A DNA stretch of 64,000 bases from Eledone cirrhosa (GCA_964016885.1 OZ024741.1:78616001-78680000), one strand, 5' to 3'. Counted from the stretch's first letter, positions 1-12,642 are shown. Notes: generated by a model not told the origin, from the sequence alone. Translations and numbers: made by a program.

Positions 1-331
1 AATGCGATTTATAAATTTCGGTTTCTTCTGTAGCTAAAACTGAATAAAGTTTGATTACCTTCTTTGTTATTTGTCTTCGATACTTCCTTAATTTTCTTGT
101 TGATGTTGTGTTCAGCCATGCTGTTTGTAGCAAATCCTTGTAAAATGAATTATGTATTTAGTCGGATATCTCTACGAATTCGAATAAAAGGTGTGTTCAG
201 AAGGGATAGTTAGAAGAATAACCAGTTATTCAACCTGGCTGTAGTTGTGGCATTACTGTCGGAGATAGTATTCATCTTAAATTTAATAAATAGTTTCCCA
301 CGCCAAAATATACGACTGATTGCGTTGACTG

Positions 332-364
<33 letters not shown>

Positions 365-387
365 TGTATGTCAGGTATGTATGTATG

Positions 388-991
388 TCAGGTCACCAGT
401 TGGTGCTACTGGTAACATGTATCCCAGTACAACCTGTCTCATGGTCGGGTTGTTGGCGATTAAACTGGCAACCCCACCGAAGTTTCTTGGTGAGGAGGGT
501 GACTTTAGACATCCTGCAGGACTAAAAACAAAACCTATCAAAAGGCAAAGGAGCTCTTAAGAGTCAATGGCCATCCAAAATCACCGGGAGAGATGACCCC
601 TTAGCCTTTGTCAAGGCAGAATTCTAGGAGAAAGAAAACTCTGATATAACACCTGCAACCCTGATGGTATCCAACGATGTTGAGTTGTTCTTTTTGGTAA
701 ATATCATCTTGGTTAAGAGAGTGGGACTGGCTTTGTGCAGTGCCTTTGCTCACTATAAAAGCTTCACGGCACAGGCATTGCTTTGTATCTGAAGATCTCT
801 CTGCACTTGTCGTCACATGGTACCATGGGCCCAGCACTATGTGTCAATAATTGTTACAAGTGTAGTGTTTGTACCAGAGTTTTCAAGTCGCTGGCTGGAC
901 TAAGAAGTCACACTTGTTCAGCGCATCGGTAGGGGTTCTCCTACATGGATATAAAGTAGTGGCCGTACTCGAAAACGAGTTGGCAGCCACC
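388..991 (+). mobile_element. Non-coding RTE-derived element (5'UTR + 3' end), copy 1, inserted in a (TATG)n array
   Basis: Highly similar second copy at 17434-18040 with identical ends. Carries an RTE-5'UTR-like motif (TTAGCCTT..AAGGCAGAATTCTAGGAGAAAGAAAACTCTGAT), a 3' hairpin (GTGGCCGTACTCG-AAAA-CGAGTTGGCAGCCAC) and an (ATGT)n tail. No real ORF. Confidence 0.7.
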
Positions 992-1618
992 ATGTATGTA
1001 TGTATGTATGTATGTATGTATGTATGTATGTATGTATGTATGTATGTATGTATGTATGTATGTATGTATGTATGTATGCATGTATCTATGAATGTATGTA
1101 CATATGTATGTATATTGTATGTATGTATGCATGTATCTATGCCTGCATGTATGTATGTATGCATGTATGTATGTATGTATGTATGTATGTATGTATGTAT
1201 GTATGTATGTATGTATGCATGAATGTATGTATGTTTGTATGTATGTATGCATGTATGCATGTATCTATGAATGTATGTACATATGTATGTTGTATGTAAC
1301 TGTGTATGTATGTATGCCTGCATGCATGTATGTATGCATGTATGCATGTCTGTATGCATGCATGTATGTATGTATGTATGTATGTATGTATGTATGTATG
1401 TATGTATGTATGTATACATGCATGCATGAATGTATGTATGTTTGTATGTATGTATGCATGTATGCATGTTTCTATGAATGTATGTACATATGTATGTATG
1501 TTGTATGTAACTGTGTATGCATGTATGCCTGCATGCATGTATGTATGCATGCATGTATGCATGTATGTATGTATGTATGTATGTATGTATGTATGTATGT
1601 ATGTATGTATGTATGTAT
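992..1618. repeat. (TATG)n tetranucleotide microsatellite with higher-order duplications
   Basis: Direct reading; variant blocks such as GCATGTATCTATGAATGTATGTACAT recur near 1078, 1257 and 1465. Confidence 0.95.
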
Positions 1619-2499
1619 ACCTTTATCAAAGACTGACAACCTGAAGAAATGCAGTCGATTGCTTTTGTTTTGTTTCTTTTTTGTTTCCGCAATCTCTACA
1701 TATTCTGCACTTACGTCTTCTATTCGGCTTCGTTATATGTTTTTGGCAATTTCTGATGCTACAACTTTGGTCATACACCTCAGTAATAAACAATCCTGTC
1801 TTAGTTTTAATCCCGCACTTCTCTTAATCCAGTTAAGCTTTGTTCAGTCATGTCAGGTATTGATCATATACAGTCGTTTCTCGTTAATGTCTTAGTTTAG
1901 ATCTTAGTCCTGTAATAGTTTCTGTTGTTGCTTTTCCTTTCTCCTCAAAGTTATCTGTCACTCCAGTCTCTGTTTTATATCTGTTGGCTTTATTAAAGAC
2001 GCCCATTAGTTCTTTGTTTTGTTCCTCTTTTGTAGCTATTTACAAATTATCAGTTTCCCTTTTTTTCTTTATTTTTGTCTATTTCCGATAGTACATATTT
2101 AAAAATAACGCTGGGTCACCAAATACTCTCCGCTTTACTAATTCATGGTAGATGTAATATTTCTGTTGCATTTAGATATTAATCTAATGCGTCTATAATA
2201 TTCCTTCCTAACCTTTCCACCCAGTTCTGTGTGTTGCACTCTGTCGAGTTCATTTATTCTTAAGTATTTATAAATCTGTGCTTCGTCTAATTCTCTTATC
2301 TCTGTTTTATCTAAAATGATATTAATATTTTCTTTTTATTTATTCTCATATCATTAAGATTGCTTTGGCGCATTTTCTAAATCAAATGTCAGTCAAATCC
2401 CCTCTACTGAATATGTGTACAGTGTCTGTATTGGTTGATCATCTGTAACATTACAACTTGAAGTAAAAAGGTAAATATCCTAATGGAACATGCACCTAG

Positions 2500-2772
2500 A
2501 AAGTTCCCCTATGAGACACAAGCCCGGGCAAGGTTGTTTATGGAAGACCAGCAGTCACCCATGCATTTCAGTCTCCCCTTCCCATGCCACCGACGCTGTC
2601 CAAGGGAAAAGCCAAAACAGCTTGGCACCATTGACGTTGCAACTCATTTTGTTCAGATGAATGAACTGGAGAAATGTGTAATAAAGTGTCTTGCTCAAGG
2701 AAACAACCCTGTCCGAGAATCGAACTCACAACTGTAAGCCCAACACTCTAATCACTAATCCACGCGCCTTCA
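2500..2772 (-). mobile_element. tRNA-derived SINE, CORE-like family
   Basis: Minus strand begins GAAGGCGCGTGG..TAGTG..TAGAG and contains CCTTGAGCAAGACACTTTAT, as in the copy at 28681. Confidence 0.6.
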
Positions 2773-3244
2773 CACACAACTTGGGGTAACCCATAGCATT
2801 TGTATCCAAATCCAGTTAGGTTTAGTATATTGTTTAAACGTGTAACTACCCGTCAGAAATGACAAGAGGTGGATGAGTAAATGGTGAATATGACAGGGTG
2901 CTGAACTAATGTTTTCAATAGCTTGTTTTATTTCTATGTTGTGGATTCAAAGTCAATTTTGCTTTTCATTTCCTGAATCAATAAAATGAGTTTTAATTGT
3001 TTGTTGGAGTTAGTTAACTTCTGCTAATATTAGAAATCCTTATTATCACCATAAATTGTTATATTTCAAAGAATTGTATATATATCTACTGAAATATAAA
3101 AACAATTCTGTGAATATCAGTTATAAAAATGTCACACGTATGTTACTAGGTTTGGTTTTAGGTTATAACAAAACCATAGGCTATGGATATGTTTCAATAC
3201 ACACTAATAGAGTATTACATAGATAATATGAAATTTACTTAGTA

Positions 3245-3559
<315 letters not shown>

Positions 3560-4899
3560 GTAATCTTTCACTTAATACGGTGTACAAATTACAGTATGTT
3601 TTTATTTAAAACTGTATGAATTTTGCTTACTACTGTCCATGCAACGCCATGCAATGATTTTGTTGAGATGGTTACCTTTGGTAAGTGAATGAGCAGCATT
3701 AAGATAGACTCACAGCTGGCTGAGCCAAAGAAGAAGAATTCGCATGCCAGCATTTACCAATCATGTCAATCGCATAACCAGAGAGCCTTCATCAGTAATG
3801 AAAGGTCATGTTATTCTCTCTTCTCATTCATCATACGCCGTTTCCCCAATGTCTCTAAAGCTAAAGTATCTTTACCCATTACATAACAATGAATATGAGA
3901 ATGAATTAAAGTGAGAAAGTTTGTTTTTAAAAAAAGGCAAACGTTATTAATTTAGAAACAAAACTTGAAATAATAAAAAAATCTTTCATTCTCTCGTTCT
4001 GTTACGAGACATCGGGTGATTGTTGTCTCATGGTCACAAGAGACAAAATTGCATTAGATCACTATAGCGTGCAATTAAAATAATACTTTAAATTGGAGTT
4101 CTACTAACATACCAAAGTGTACATACAATATAAAAATAAGTGCAAAGCAACCCATGATGATATTTAGAAACTTGACGCCACAAGAGGATTTCAGTTATTA
4201 TGGCTGTCGGAATTGGGAGTAAAAGATATGGGAAGTGACATAGGAAAGTAAAATAGTTTCTTACACTGAGGATGTAATATATCTATTGTATGTAGAGACC
4301 AAAGATAGTTCCAATTTCATTGATGGGAAGGTGTAGAATTAATTCCATGGAAGATAAACTATACGTAAAGTGACATCTCAATCAAAATGTCTATCTGGAA
4401 GGGATTACTTCGTTTACGAAGAATTTATCAAGCTAGTGGAATAAATCACTTACTAATTGAATGGAATACTGATAGAAATTCTAGATTAGAGTTTAGTGAT
4501 CAGACTACGAAATCAAGTGAAAATATTGATTGAAAATATTGATTTTTTTATAGACATAATGCCACATATTTTGTTGGGTGGATATAATAGAAATAATCGA
4601 CCGCACTGCTTGAATTGTGTTTATTTTATTGACTCTGGAAGTATAAAGTGCAAAGCCGACTTCGATGGGATTTTAACTCAACTTTAAGAGATGTAATTAA
4701 ATATTGAAAAACACGTTGCCCACAGTTCTACTTATTTCATCATCTACTTCTATCTTGTTTGCCGCTCTACCGATTATGCCATCTGTCGTCCACCATTCTA
4801 TCAAGTTTGTCCCCTACCATCTGCTTTGATTGACTGAATCGATCTATAAGACCAGAAGGCCATACATTTCGTAGCAAAATTATAACTGATTATATTAAC

Positions 4900-5030
4900 C
4901 CACTGGCGTTGATTTTATCGACCTCGCAACTATATGAGGCAAAGTTGACTTTCGTGGGATTTGACTCAAAGCGTAAAAACTCAGGACTAAATACCACTGG
5001 ATATTTTGTTCTCCGATCTACCGGTTCTGC
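4900..5030 (-). mobile_element. Diverged SINE, GACTTTGCC..GGTCGATAAAA family
   Basis: Reverse complement of the core seen at 11681-11859. Confidence 0.55.
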
Positions 5031-5615
5031 TATACACAACTATTTTTAATTGACAATATCGACATGTTCTTTCTGTCCAAATTATCCATAATCAGACGTT
5101 ACATTTCAAGAAAACTATCGAAGCTAAGATTTTCCTTTGAATTTGCTGAATGCATTAACCAGATCGTTTTACCAACGTTTTTATGTGTGCTATCCATAAG
5201 AGCTCTTATCTCACATTAAATGTAGATGAAAATAACGATATTTGAGTTAGTAAAAAATATCGATTATATATATAAAGTTCCATTCGTCTTAAAACGAAGA
5301 TTTATATGAGAACGCTTGTGGCAACGGAGCAAATTCAACATGTGATAGTAATATAAGTCAATAGGCACAGAGATTAACCATTTCTATATTGATCACCAAT
5401 TGGATCTACAAAAAGTGGTATTGATCATCTCAGACGGTGCTGCAAGTCTTGTTGAGAAATTACAAATATGACACATTAGCAGCAACCACCACCAACAGTA
5501 GCAGTATCTAAGAGAATAACATTGCGTAACTCGACTCACTGTTAAGATCAAAGAATTGACAATGTATGGAGAAATGTGTCATCTTTGAAGAAGGATATCA
5601 AACACTTCTGTGCGC

Positions 5616-5693
<78 letters not shown>

Positions 5694-5731
5694 GTGTGTG
5701 TGTGTGTGTGTATGTATTTAAAAATATAAAT

Positions 5732-5910
5732 GGGCGCAGGCATGGCTGTGTAATTGGAGTTCGCTTCGCAACCACATGGTTTTGGGTTCAGTCCCACTGC
5801 GTGGAACCTTTGTAAGCAATGTTCTACTATATAGCCTCGAAATGACAAATGCCTTGTGAGTGAAATTTGGTAGAAGGGAAACTATTAAGAAGCCAGTCGT
5901 ATATACGTAT
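5732..5910 (+). mobile_element. tRNA-derived SINE, second family (GGCGCAGGCATGGCTGTGT..GGTTCAGTCCCAC)
   Basis: A-box/B-box-like head, ends at a TA run. Confidence 0.6.
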
Positions 5911-5919
5911 ATATATATC

Positions 5920-6100
5920 GCTCGCCTGCGTCGATCGACAAGATGCCAGACCTCATTCGCTTGCCGAGTGGGGTGGACCTCCTCAAATCGGACCAAGGAA
6001 ATCATGTTTCCATTGGTCTTTTCATTGCTGATACTATCTTATGGTCGCAACTCCTGGTAGAAGAAACGAAGCGACGTGAAATAAAGTGTCTTGCTCAAGG
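5920..6100 (-). mobile_element. SINE fragment homologous to 28681-28885
   Basis: 5985-6100 aligns with the reverse complement of about 28756-28870. Confidence 0.65.
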
Positions 6101-6129
6101 ATATATATATATATATATTGATCTGGGGT

Positions 6130-7080
6130 GAAAAATCAGTATATTGAACAGGTATGTTTTTCCAACTCTCCAGATGCATCTACATCTTCTCTGTTGAACA
6201 GCATCTTCTCTGTTGAAAAGCATCAATTACAATATCAGCAATAATTTGTTCCTCTTCAGTAAGAGAATCAATATCAGGGTGGTTGATGTCAACTTGAGGA
6301 TCAGGTTGCAGTATCTCAATGGGCTAAGATAGGCCCAGTTTTGTGCAGTTGGTACAATTTTCAATCAATATTGCGTTAATGTAACCAAGTGCCATATTTT
6401 CAGCTTGCTGACCATCCATTCCTTGATACAAATAGTCTTCAATCATTGACTCCTTGTAGGTATTCCATAATTGCAGTGCATTTGGCTGGTACAGAATAAA
6501 CACACAGAGCAACGAGCATCATACGAAGTTGTGTTGACATGTGGTGGTTAGCAGCTTCCTGCAGAGCTTGGCTTAAATAGTCATAATTTTCAATAAGAGC
6601 AAGTCGTAATCAGGCCTCTTTGAATGGTGGAAATGTTTCTCCCTCCACTGTTCGTAGTTCTTCAAAACTCTTAGCCTGGCCTGTGAAGTAGCAATACTCT
6701 TAAATAACTCTGGAGCTGACTGTGTACATTCTACTAATGATATTATTGTTCCTTCTTGGCGTCCATTTTTGTTGGGTTCATTGCACGATATTTCATAATA
6801 AAGGTATAACATTCCTGTTATCTACTGAATGTCGTCCAATTTGTACTGTAGTTCCCGTACTCTGGATATCCATTTAGGTTCAATAATGGTTTTTCTGTAG
6901 GTTTTTGGGTAGTTCTTTTGGAAAAATCTATTTTGCATGCATGGTGAAAAGGGGTTTCCAGAACCGCATAAACCTTTTAACCTGCTCATGTAGTACCGGA
7001 TTATCTTCCAATGCAGGTATTTCTGTCAATGTCTTCTCTGTTTCTTCTCTTGTCTTCGTTTCTTAAGATGACCAACATAT
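6130..7080 (-). pseudogene. Decayed Helitron Rep/helicase fragment
   Basis: Frameshifted peptides EDNPVLHEQVKRFM..SPCMQ..KNYPK, MYTVS..YLRVLLLHRPG..KSFEELRTVEGETFPPFKEA and NALQLWNTYKESMIEDY match the Helitron RepHel linker region. Confidence 0.8.
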
Positions 7081-7179
7081 GGCAATGAGGAAGTCTCACA
7101 TACACTCACGCACATATACTAACACAAACACACACAGACATACATTCACACAAACACACACATAGCGTTTCACCATCCC

Positions 7180-8380
7180 CAGTTTCACCACAGTAAACAA
7201 GAGGTGATTTGAGGGCTTTAAAACTGGAGCAGGGCTGAGGTATATGAAAATAAGAGGAGAAGCTGCAAGTGCTGACAAAAGATGCTACACCCACATCTCA
7301 TGTAGAACCATGGAAAATTTAAAAAAAAAATTACTACGATTATCGACAGATGTTTAACATAGATGAATTGGCTTATGGGTGGTGGTGGTGGTGGTGGGGG
7401 GGGGGAGTTGAGGATGCTGCCTAGATATGTTTATCTCAGAAAGAAACAATACAACCTGACCATAAAATACCGCATAAATAGTATGCTTTGAAGCAATGCT
7501 GAGAGGTATTTAAATTAAAGCCATTACTAATCTACAGTACTCAGAACCCAAGTACTTTAAAAGAATGTGACAAGTAATCCATGCCAGTAATTTGGCGAGC
7601 GAATCAGAAGGAAAGAGTAACCTAAACCATATTTGAAAACTTGTTAAGGTTCTATTTTTGTTCTGCCGTTGTAGCTCATTGTAAGAAAGACTTTCAATAA
7701 TGCCACTGGTCTAATTTTATGATTTGTGTGAAAATGTGAAGCTTGATTTTGTTTTTACCACTAATATGAAATCTCTTTGTCATTGAACAGTTGAAGCAAC
7801 AACGAAACAGAATGCTGTTACTCTTCCAGAATTTGTGGAAATTTCCAACATCAAACGCGCAACAGAACACATGGAAAGAAGTGACTCTAGTTGCATGAGA
7901 AATGTTTGAAAAATTCTTTTGCCTGACTGTACCAATTAGTTTTGTAGATTTAGATATCTCGTTAACAATTTGGTTGAAGAAATTGTCGCTATTATTGTGT
8001 GTCGCTATTATTGTGTGTTGAAATGGAAAATGTTCGAGAATTATTGAATTCACATTAAAAAGAAAACACGAGTGATAATTATCTTGAAGTCGAACAAGAA
8101 TGCGCATTTGAATAAAATTAACAAACGAAAAGTGGAGAAATAGAAAAGCATGTTCCCAAGGAAATCACAACAAAAGAACTTTGTGGGATATTTCATGCTT
8201 TAGAGTCAGCTAAGCATCAAATAATAGATATGGATACAGACTTCAATCGAAGCATGCTTGTTTGCCGCATTCTAGAGAAATTAATTGCTTGTTATCGCAG
8301 AATCTACGATGGGGTTAAACAAAGCGAAAACTGTTCACACTACCCTTGATAATCTTTTAAACCTAAAAGTAGATAAACAT
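7180..8380 (+). pseudogene. Decayed Tigger/pogo transposase
   Basis: Peptides FEGFKT..KIRGEAASAD, FNIDE, FKLKPLLIY..NP and MPVIWRANQK; many stops and frameshifts. End coordinate approximate. Confidence 0.75.
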
Positions 8381-8606
8381 TGTTTAAACGACTGTGTTCT
8401 ATTTAACAAACATTTATTTCACAAATACTTTTATCTTTCTTGCAAGATTAATAGTATATTAAGTATGCTATAGTGTGGCTATACTTGAATATTAAGCCAC
8501 TAATATTTGACTATGGAAGGGTGAATCAAGAGATACCCCGCTGTGAAAATGAACAATTATAAATATACTTTTGTAATTCTTTCCGTACAGAAAAAATCAT
8601 GAGATT

Positions 8607-8649
8607 GCCTTCATGTGTTTCAAAGCTTTTTGGCTTTTCATCAGAAGAC
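8607..8649 (-). ncRNA. Degenerate type I hammerhead motif (G at the cleavage position)
   Basis: gtctt CTGATGA aaagc caaaaa gcttt GAAA caca TG aaggc; stems I and II pair. Confidence 0.5.
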
Positions 8650-9287
8650 AGATGCCTTTATACTCCTGTCTCCCGAGAGAGAGAAATTGGCTTACAATTT
8701 CTAACTCATTAGAGCAACTACGTAGAGGTTCTTTCGTTGTCTGGAGAAGATATATTTTGGATAACAGTGACTTTCCAGTTGATAATTAACTGAAGTGATT
8801 CGCTGACTTCTACTGTTGTTATATCTATCCAACTTTCAATAATAGCAGCAAATGATAATAATGTTATCGTATTGAAAATGATAATAAAATAAAATTAAAA
8901 TATAGAAAACTGTGCATATTTTTAAATAGAGATATTTACAGGCATTGAACAATCTTTTAAAAATTGGCTTTCTCTGTTCAGTGTTTACTTTGATAATTAA
9001 CAAATTGAAATTTTAATCATTTGCAGATAAATAATTGTACAAAATTGCTGAGCAAGTAAAGGCTACTTTATTTCTTTCATTACTATGTCTTTAGTGAAAA
9101 TATGTTCTTTAAAAGATTTCCTTCACTGCATTTATTTTCTACGTTCAGTTTCAAATTATTATTATATTTTTCGTTCTACAGAATTTCGCGGATGCCAGTG
9201 AGAAAATACAAAGGAAGATTGATATACGCCAGCACGGATGAATGATTGTACTTGCGACATGTTAAGGGGCATTGCCGCTTGATGAAA

Positions 9288-9459
<172 letters not shown>

Positions 9460-9658
9460 TGCGCGCGTCCACGAAAGTAGAGATTACGAAGAAACATTAG
9501 CAAAATAGTTTTTCATTACGGAGTTCTCTTCTCGGGTTAAGATTAGAATCAATACTAATCATATCAAAATTTAGTTTCAGGATATGTGGCATTTCAGACT
9601 GTATCAATATATTTAGAGACTCAACTAGTTATTTTACTGTCTTGTCTTCATCTGTGGT

Positions 9659-9848
9659 AGACTTGCCAACCTCTAAAAACCTAAATTGGGAGTACCATGC
9701 AAAGAAGTGCCCCAAAACGGGGAGAAATGAGGCAAAATGAGATTTTACATAAAGAAAGCTATACCCATTTTCACAAGGGAAGACATCTTTCACCCACCCC
9801 AAAGGCTATTGCAAATCTCCTCGTCGGACGGGGAGAATTGACAGGTCT
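9659..9848. mobile_element. hAT-type MITE
   Basis: Imperfect TIRs AGACTTGCCAA / TTGACAGGTCT; exact 8-bp TSD TCTGTGGT at 9651-9658 and 9849-9856. Confidence 0.7.
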
Positions 9849-9941
9849 TCTGTGGTATCAATGCCATTGAGACTTCTATACCCTGTGATATTTCTAGGTA
9901 GTGATGCAAGAATATCGTTGTTTGGTTTCAAGACTTTTAAG

Positions 9942-10003
9942 AGGTCTCAGACCAGAGTCTTTAAATCTCTAATTAGAGATTTAAAGACGCTGGTCTGAGA
10001 CCT
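9942..10003. repeat. 62-bp near-perfect palindrome
   Basis: AGGTCTCAGACCAGAGTCTTTAAATCTCTAA|TTAGAGATTTAAAGACGCTGGTCTGAGACCT, one mismatch. Confidence 0.9.
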
Positions 10004-10159
10004 TTACTTCCCTCCGAAGAAGAGATATTATCTCGAAAATTAAGGACATTTAAATAAATTCAAGGTGAAAGACGAATTCCCATCAATATCTTTCACTATT
10101 GCATTCTTTTTTCTATGTCCATATCTGCATTGTCTTGGCCTTATTACACATATTCTAAC

Positions 10160-10208
<49 letters not shown>

Positions 10209-10214
<6 letters not shown>

Positions 10215-10505
10215 TTGGTGCTCTGAAATAGGTATATATATATGAATGTATATATAGTGTATTTTGCAATACACTGTATGCTTAATTAAAAGCATTTCGA
10301 AGACCTTATGCTATTGTTTTAGAGTAGTGACAGACTCACTTACTTTAATTTCAGCAAACAGGGGGAGATAAAGCTGACAAGGCCTTGTTTCGCATTTATT
10401 GATGCTTATCAAAGCCAACTACTCCTCCTGTTTGCTGAAATCATGGATGTTTGGTTCTTATAGAATTCTAGTAAATAATCAGGAACTGATTATACAGAGC
10501 GGTTG
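10209..10505 (-). mobile_element. Retrozyme or PLE-pLTR-like unit (318-bp family) next to (TA)n
   Basis: Homologous to 20070-20610; contains a hammerhead motif. Confidence 0.7.
10372..10416 (-). ncRNA. Type I hammerhead ribozyme, U3-A8 variant
   Basis: ggct TTGATAA gcat caataa atgc GAAA caagg ccttg TC agct; stem I extended by TTTCAGCAAACAGG/CCTGTTTGCTGAAA (10349-10362/10427-10440). Confidence 0.8.
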
Positions 10506-11132
10506 CCGCTTCCAAATCTGGGAAGAGGAGGAGAAACAGGTAAAGCGAACCTTGTATGGAGTATCACATCAAGATATCAATTTATCTATCTTTATATTTG
10601 GGGAGGGACATGTCTTTGTATTGCCCAAAATATAGTAAAACACACTCACTGTCTGGTTTTCGCTTCAGTATATTTTTATATTCTTATAAATAATTTAGCT
10701 GGCAATCAATGTTTATAATTTTTTTTTTTTTTTTTACATATTAAATACTTTTATATCGATACACTCTAAGTACAAACCTTTAATTGAAAAATTAACTGAC
10801 TTTAGCTGCTAATTTGTTATTAATATTACATCATACAACCTTCTGTAATGTCTATATATTTATAAACCACAGCTTAAACTAGACATTATTATAGATTTCA
10901 AGTAAATCTTTGTCAACTTACCCTTTTCAGATATAATCAATGAGTTGTGTTGTTAGTATTTTCTAAACAACAAAGAAATAATCACTTTGTTGTCAAATTA
11001 GAAGTTTCAAAGATTTTATCAACTTTATTTAACGACATTAGTAGGAAGTGAAAATTGATGGGTAAATACATGTCTTTGTCACATACATGGGTGTGTCCCC
11101 GTGAAACATATATATATATATATATATATATA

Positions 11133-11490
11133 TAGCAATCGGCAGTCCAGTCGCATCACCAGAGCAACGAAAATACAGGACTCAGGAAAATATATACACA
11201 AGGTCCGAACACAAAAGAACCCAACTCCCATTGTCACTGCCTCCCTCTCTCCCGCTCTCCCCATCTCTCACTATCATGAGCAAATGGGGGTCCACGTACT
11301 GGCCTCCCCGCAGCCCCAGCGGACAGAATGGAGAAGGCGTTTCGCCGGAGGAGGGTGAGGGAGACGCGCTGGAAGAGCCATTCCAGCTCGCGAGGCTCAC
11401 ACCTGCGGGTAACCAACTCTTTACCGATGGTGGTGAGCAAGGAGGTGGCCCTAGGGATAAGGACACCAGAAGTCTCTACTACCACAGACT
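11133..11490 (-). mobile_element. 3' fragment of a CRE-like (RLE-type) non-LTR retrotransposon
   Basis: ORF 11234-11485 VETSGV..PRA..LL..IG....EPRE.EWLFQRVS....RRNAFSIL resembles the C-terminus of the restriction-like endonuclease; GC-rich; 3' end abuts (TA)n. Confidence 0.75.
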
Positions 11491-11680
11491 CGACCGCAAA
11501 CCTGTCGGAGAGCGACTAATGTTTGGAGAGTTTACCCTCCTCGGACCAAAGTGTAGCAGGGCCTGGATTAATCGCAGATTGACCAACAATTAAACATATA
11601 AATATCATTTCTCAAAGTTGTTTCGTCACATGATTTCATATAAAAAATCTTGCAAAACAAATACAACGCCGTTAATTTGT

Positions 11681-11859
11681 GGATTGGCAGTATCGGTAGA
11701 GGGTCGGACGCCATGCTTTCCAGCATAGTTACGTCCCTTTACGATCTGAGTTCAAATCCCGCCGAGGTTGACTTTGCCTTTCATCCTTACGGGGTCGATA
11801 AAATAAAGTACCAGTAATGCACTGGGTAATTTGCTGGCCTTGTGCCTAACGTAGAAACA
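11681..11859 (+). mobile_element. tRNA-derived SINE with GACTTTGCCTTTCATCCTTACGGGGTCGATAAAA core (Meta-domain-like)
   Basis: B-box GAGTTCAAATCC; near-identical copy at 33859; many further copies in the window. Confidence 0.8.
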
Positions 11860-12280
11860 GTTAATTTATCTATCTTTACATTAAAACCTTGTCCATTTAC
11901 TTGCAGCATGTAACAGAGTGGCCTCCACCAGAGCCTGTCAAACGACATGTGGAGATAGTTTACCGGGCGGCGTATATAAGTCCACCACTATAACCTAATA
12001 GCTTTCTCTAATGTTGATGACTTATTCTAAGTTCTCGCTTTGTTTTTATTTCCTTGGTTTGTTTTTTTGGTATTTGATCAATGAGATGAGATTTCCGAAT
12101 CATATACTGTCTCCTGTCTTATTTTAACAAATATTTGTGGAAAACTGAAAAATATTTTAATCCAAACATAACCTTACACGTGAAAATTGTCAATTAAAAC
12201 AAATATTAAAAAATTGAAAATTATCTCTACTGACAGGTGTTGAATATTTTATACGATCGACATTTTTCATCACTAGGATT

Positions 12281-12282
<2 letters not shown>

Positions 12283-12364
<82 letters not shown>

Positions 12365-12413
12365 CGCGTGTGTGCGTGTGTGCGCGCGCGTATGTGTGTA
12401 TGTGTGTGTGTGT
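12283..12413. repeat. (TG)n microsatellite
   Basis: Direct reading. Confidence 0.97.
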
Positions 12414-12595
12414 GGTGACTAATCGTGAAGATTGAACATTCAAATATAACCTTAGACATGGAAATTGTTAATTTTCCTACATTAAAATGTTGAAAGTTAT
12501 CTACTCTAATGGGTGTAAAATCTCTTATATGATCTATTTTAATATTTTTGAATATAACCCCAATCAATGAAATTTCTTTACTTTATCAGTATTGG

Positions 12596-12642
12596 CACCA
12601 CCACCACCGCCGCCGCTGCTGCAGCTGCTGCTGCTGCTGCTG

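Noticed and set aside
869-1895. Long ORFs of YVCM/HTYI repeats, and similar CV/HT/YI ORFs across the window
   Set aside because: They are translations of stop-free microsatellites, not genes.
1620-2460. Very old LINE RT remnant on the minus strand, possibly also 1-330
   Set aside because: Only a faint QG-like motif; too degraded to support a call.
11681-11770. tRNA gene (B-box GAGTTCAAATCC)
   Set aside because: It is the head of a multicopy SINE; no cloverleaf.
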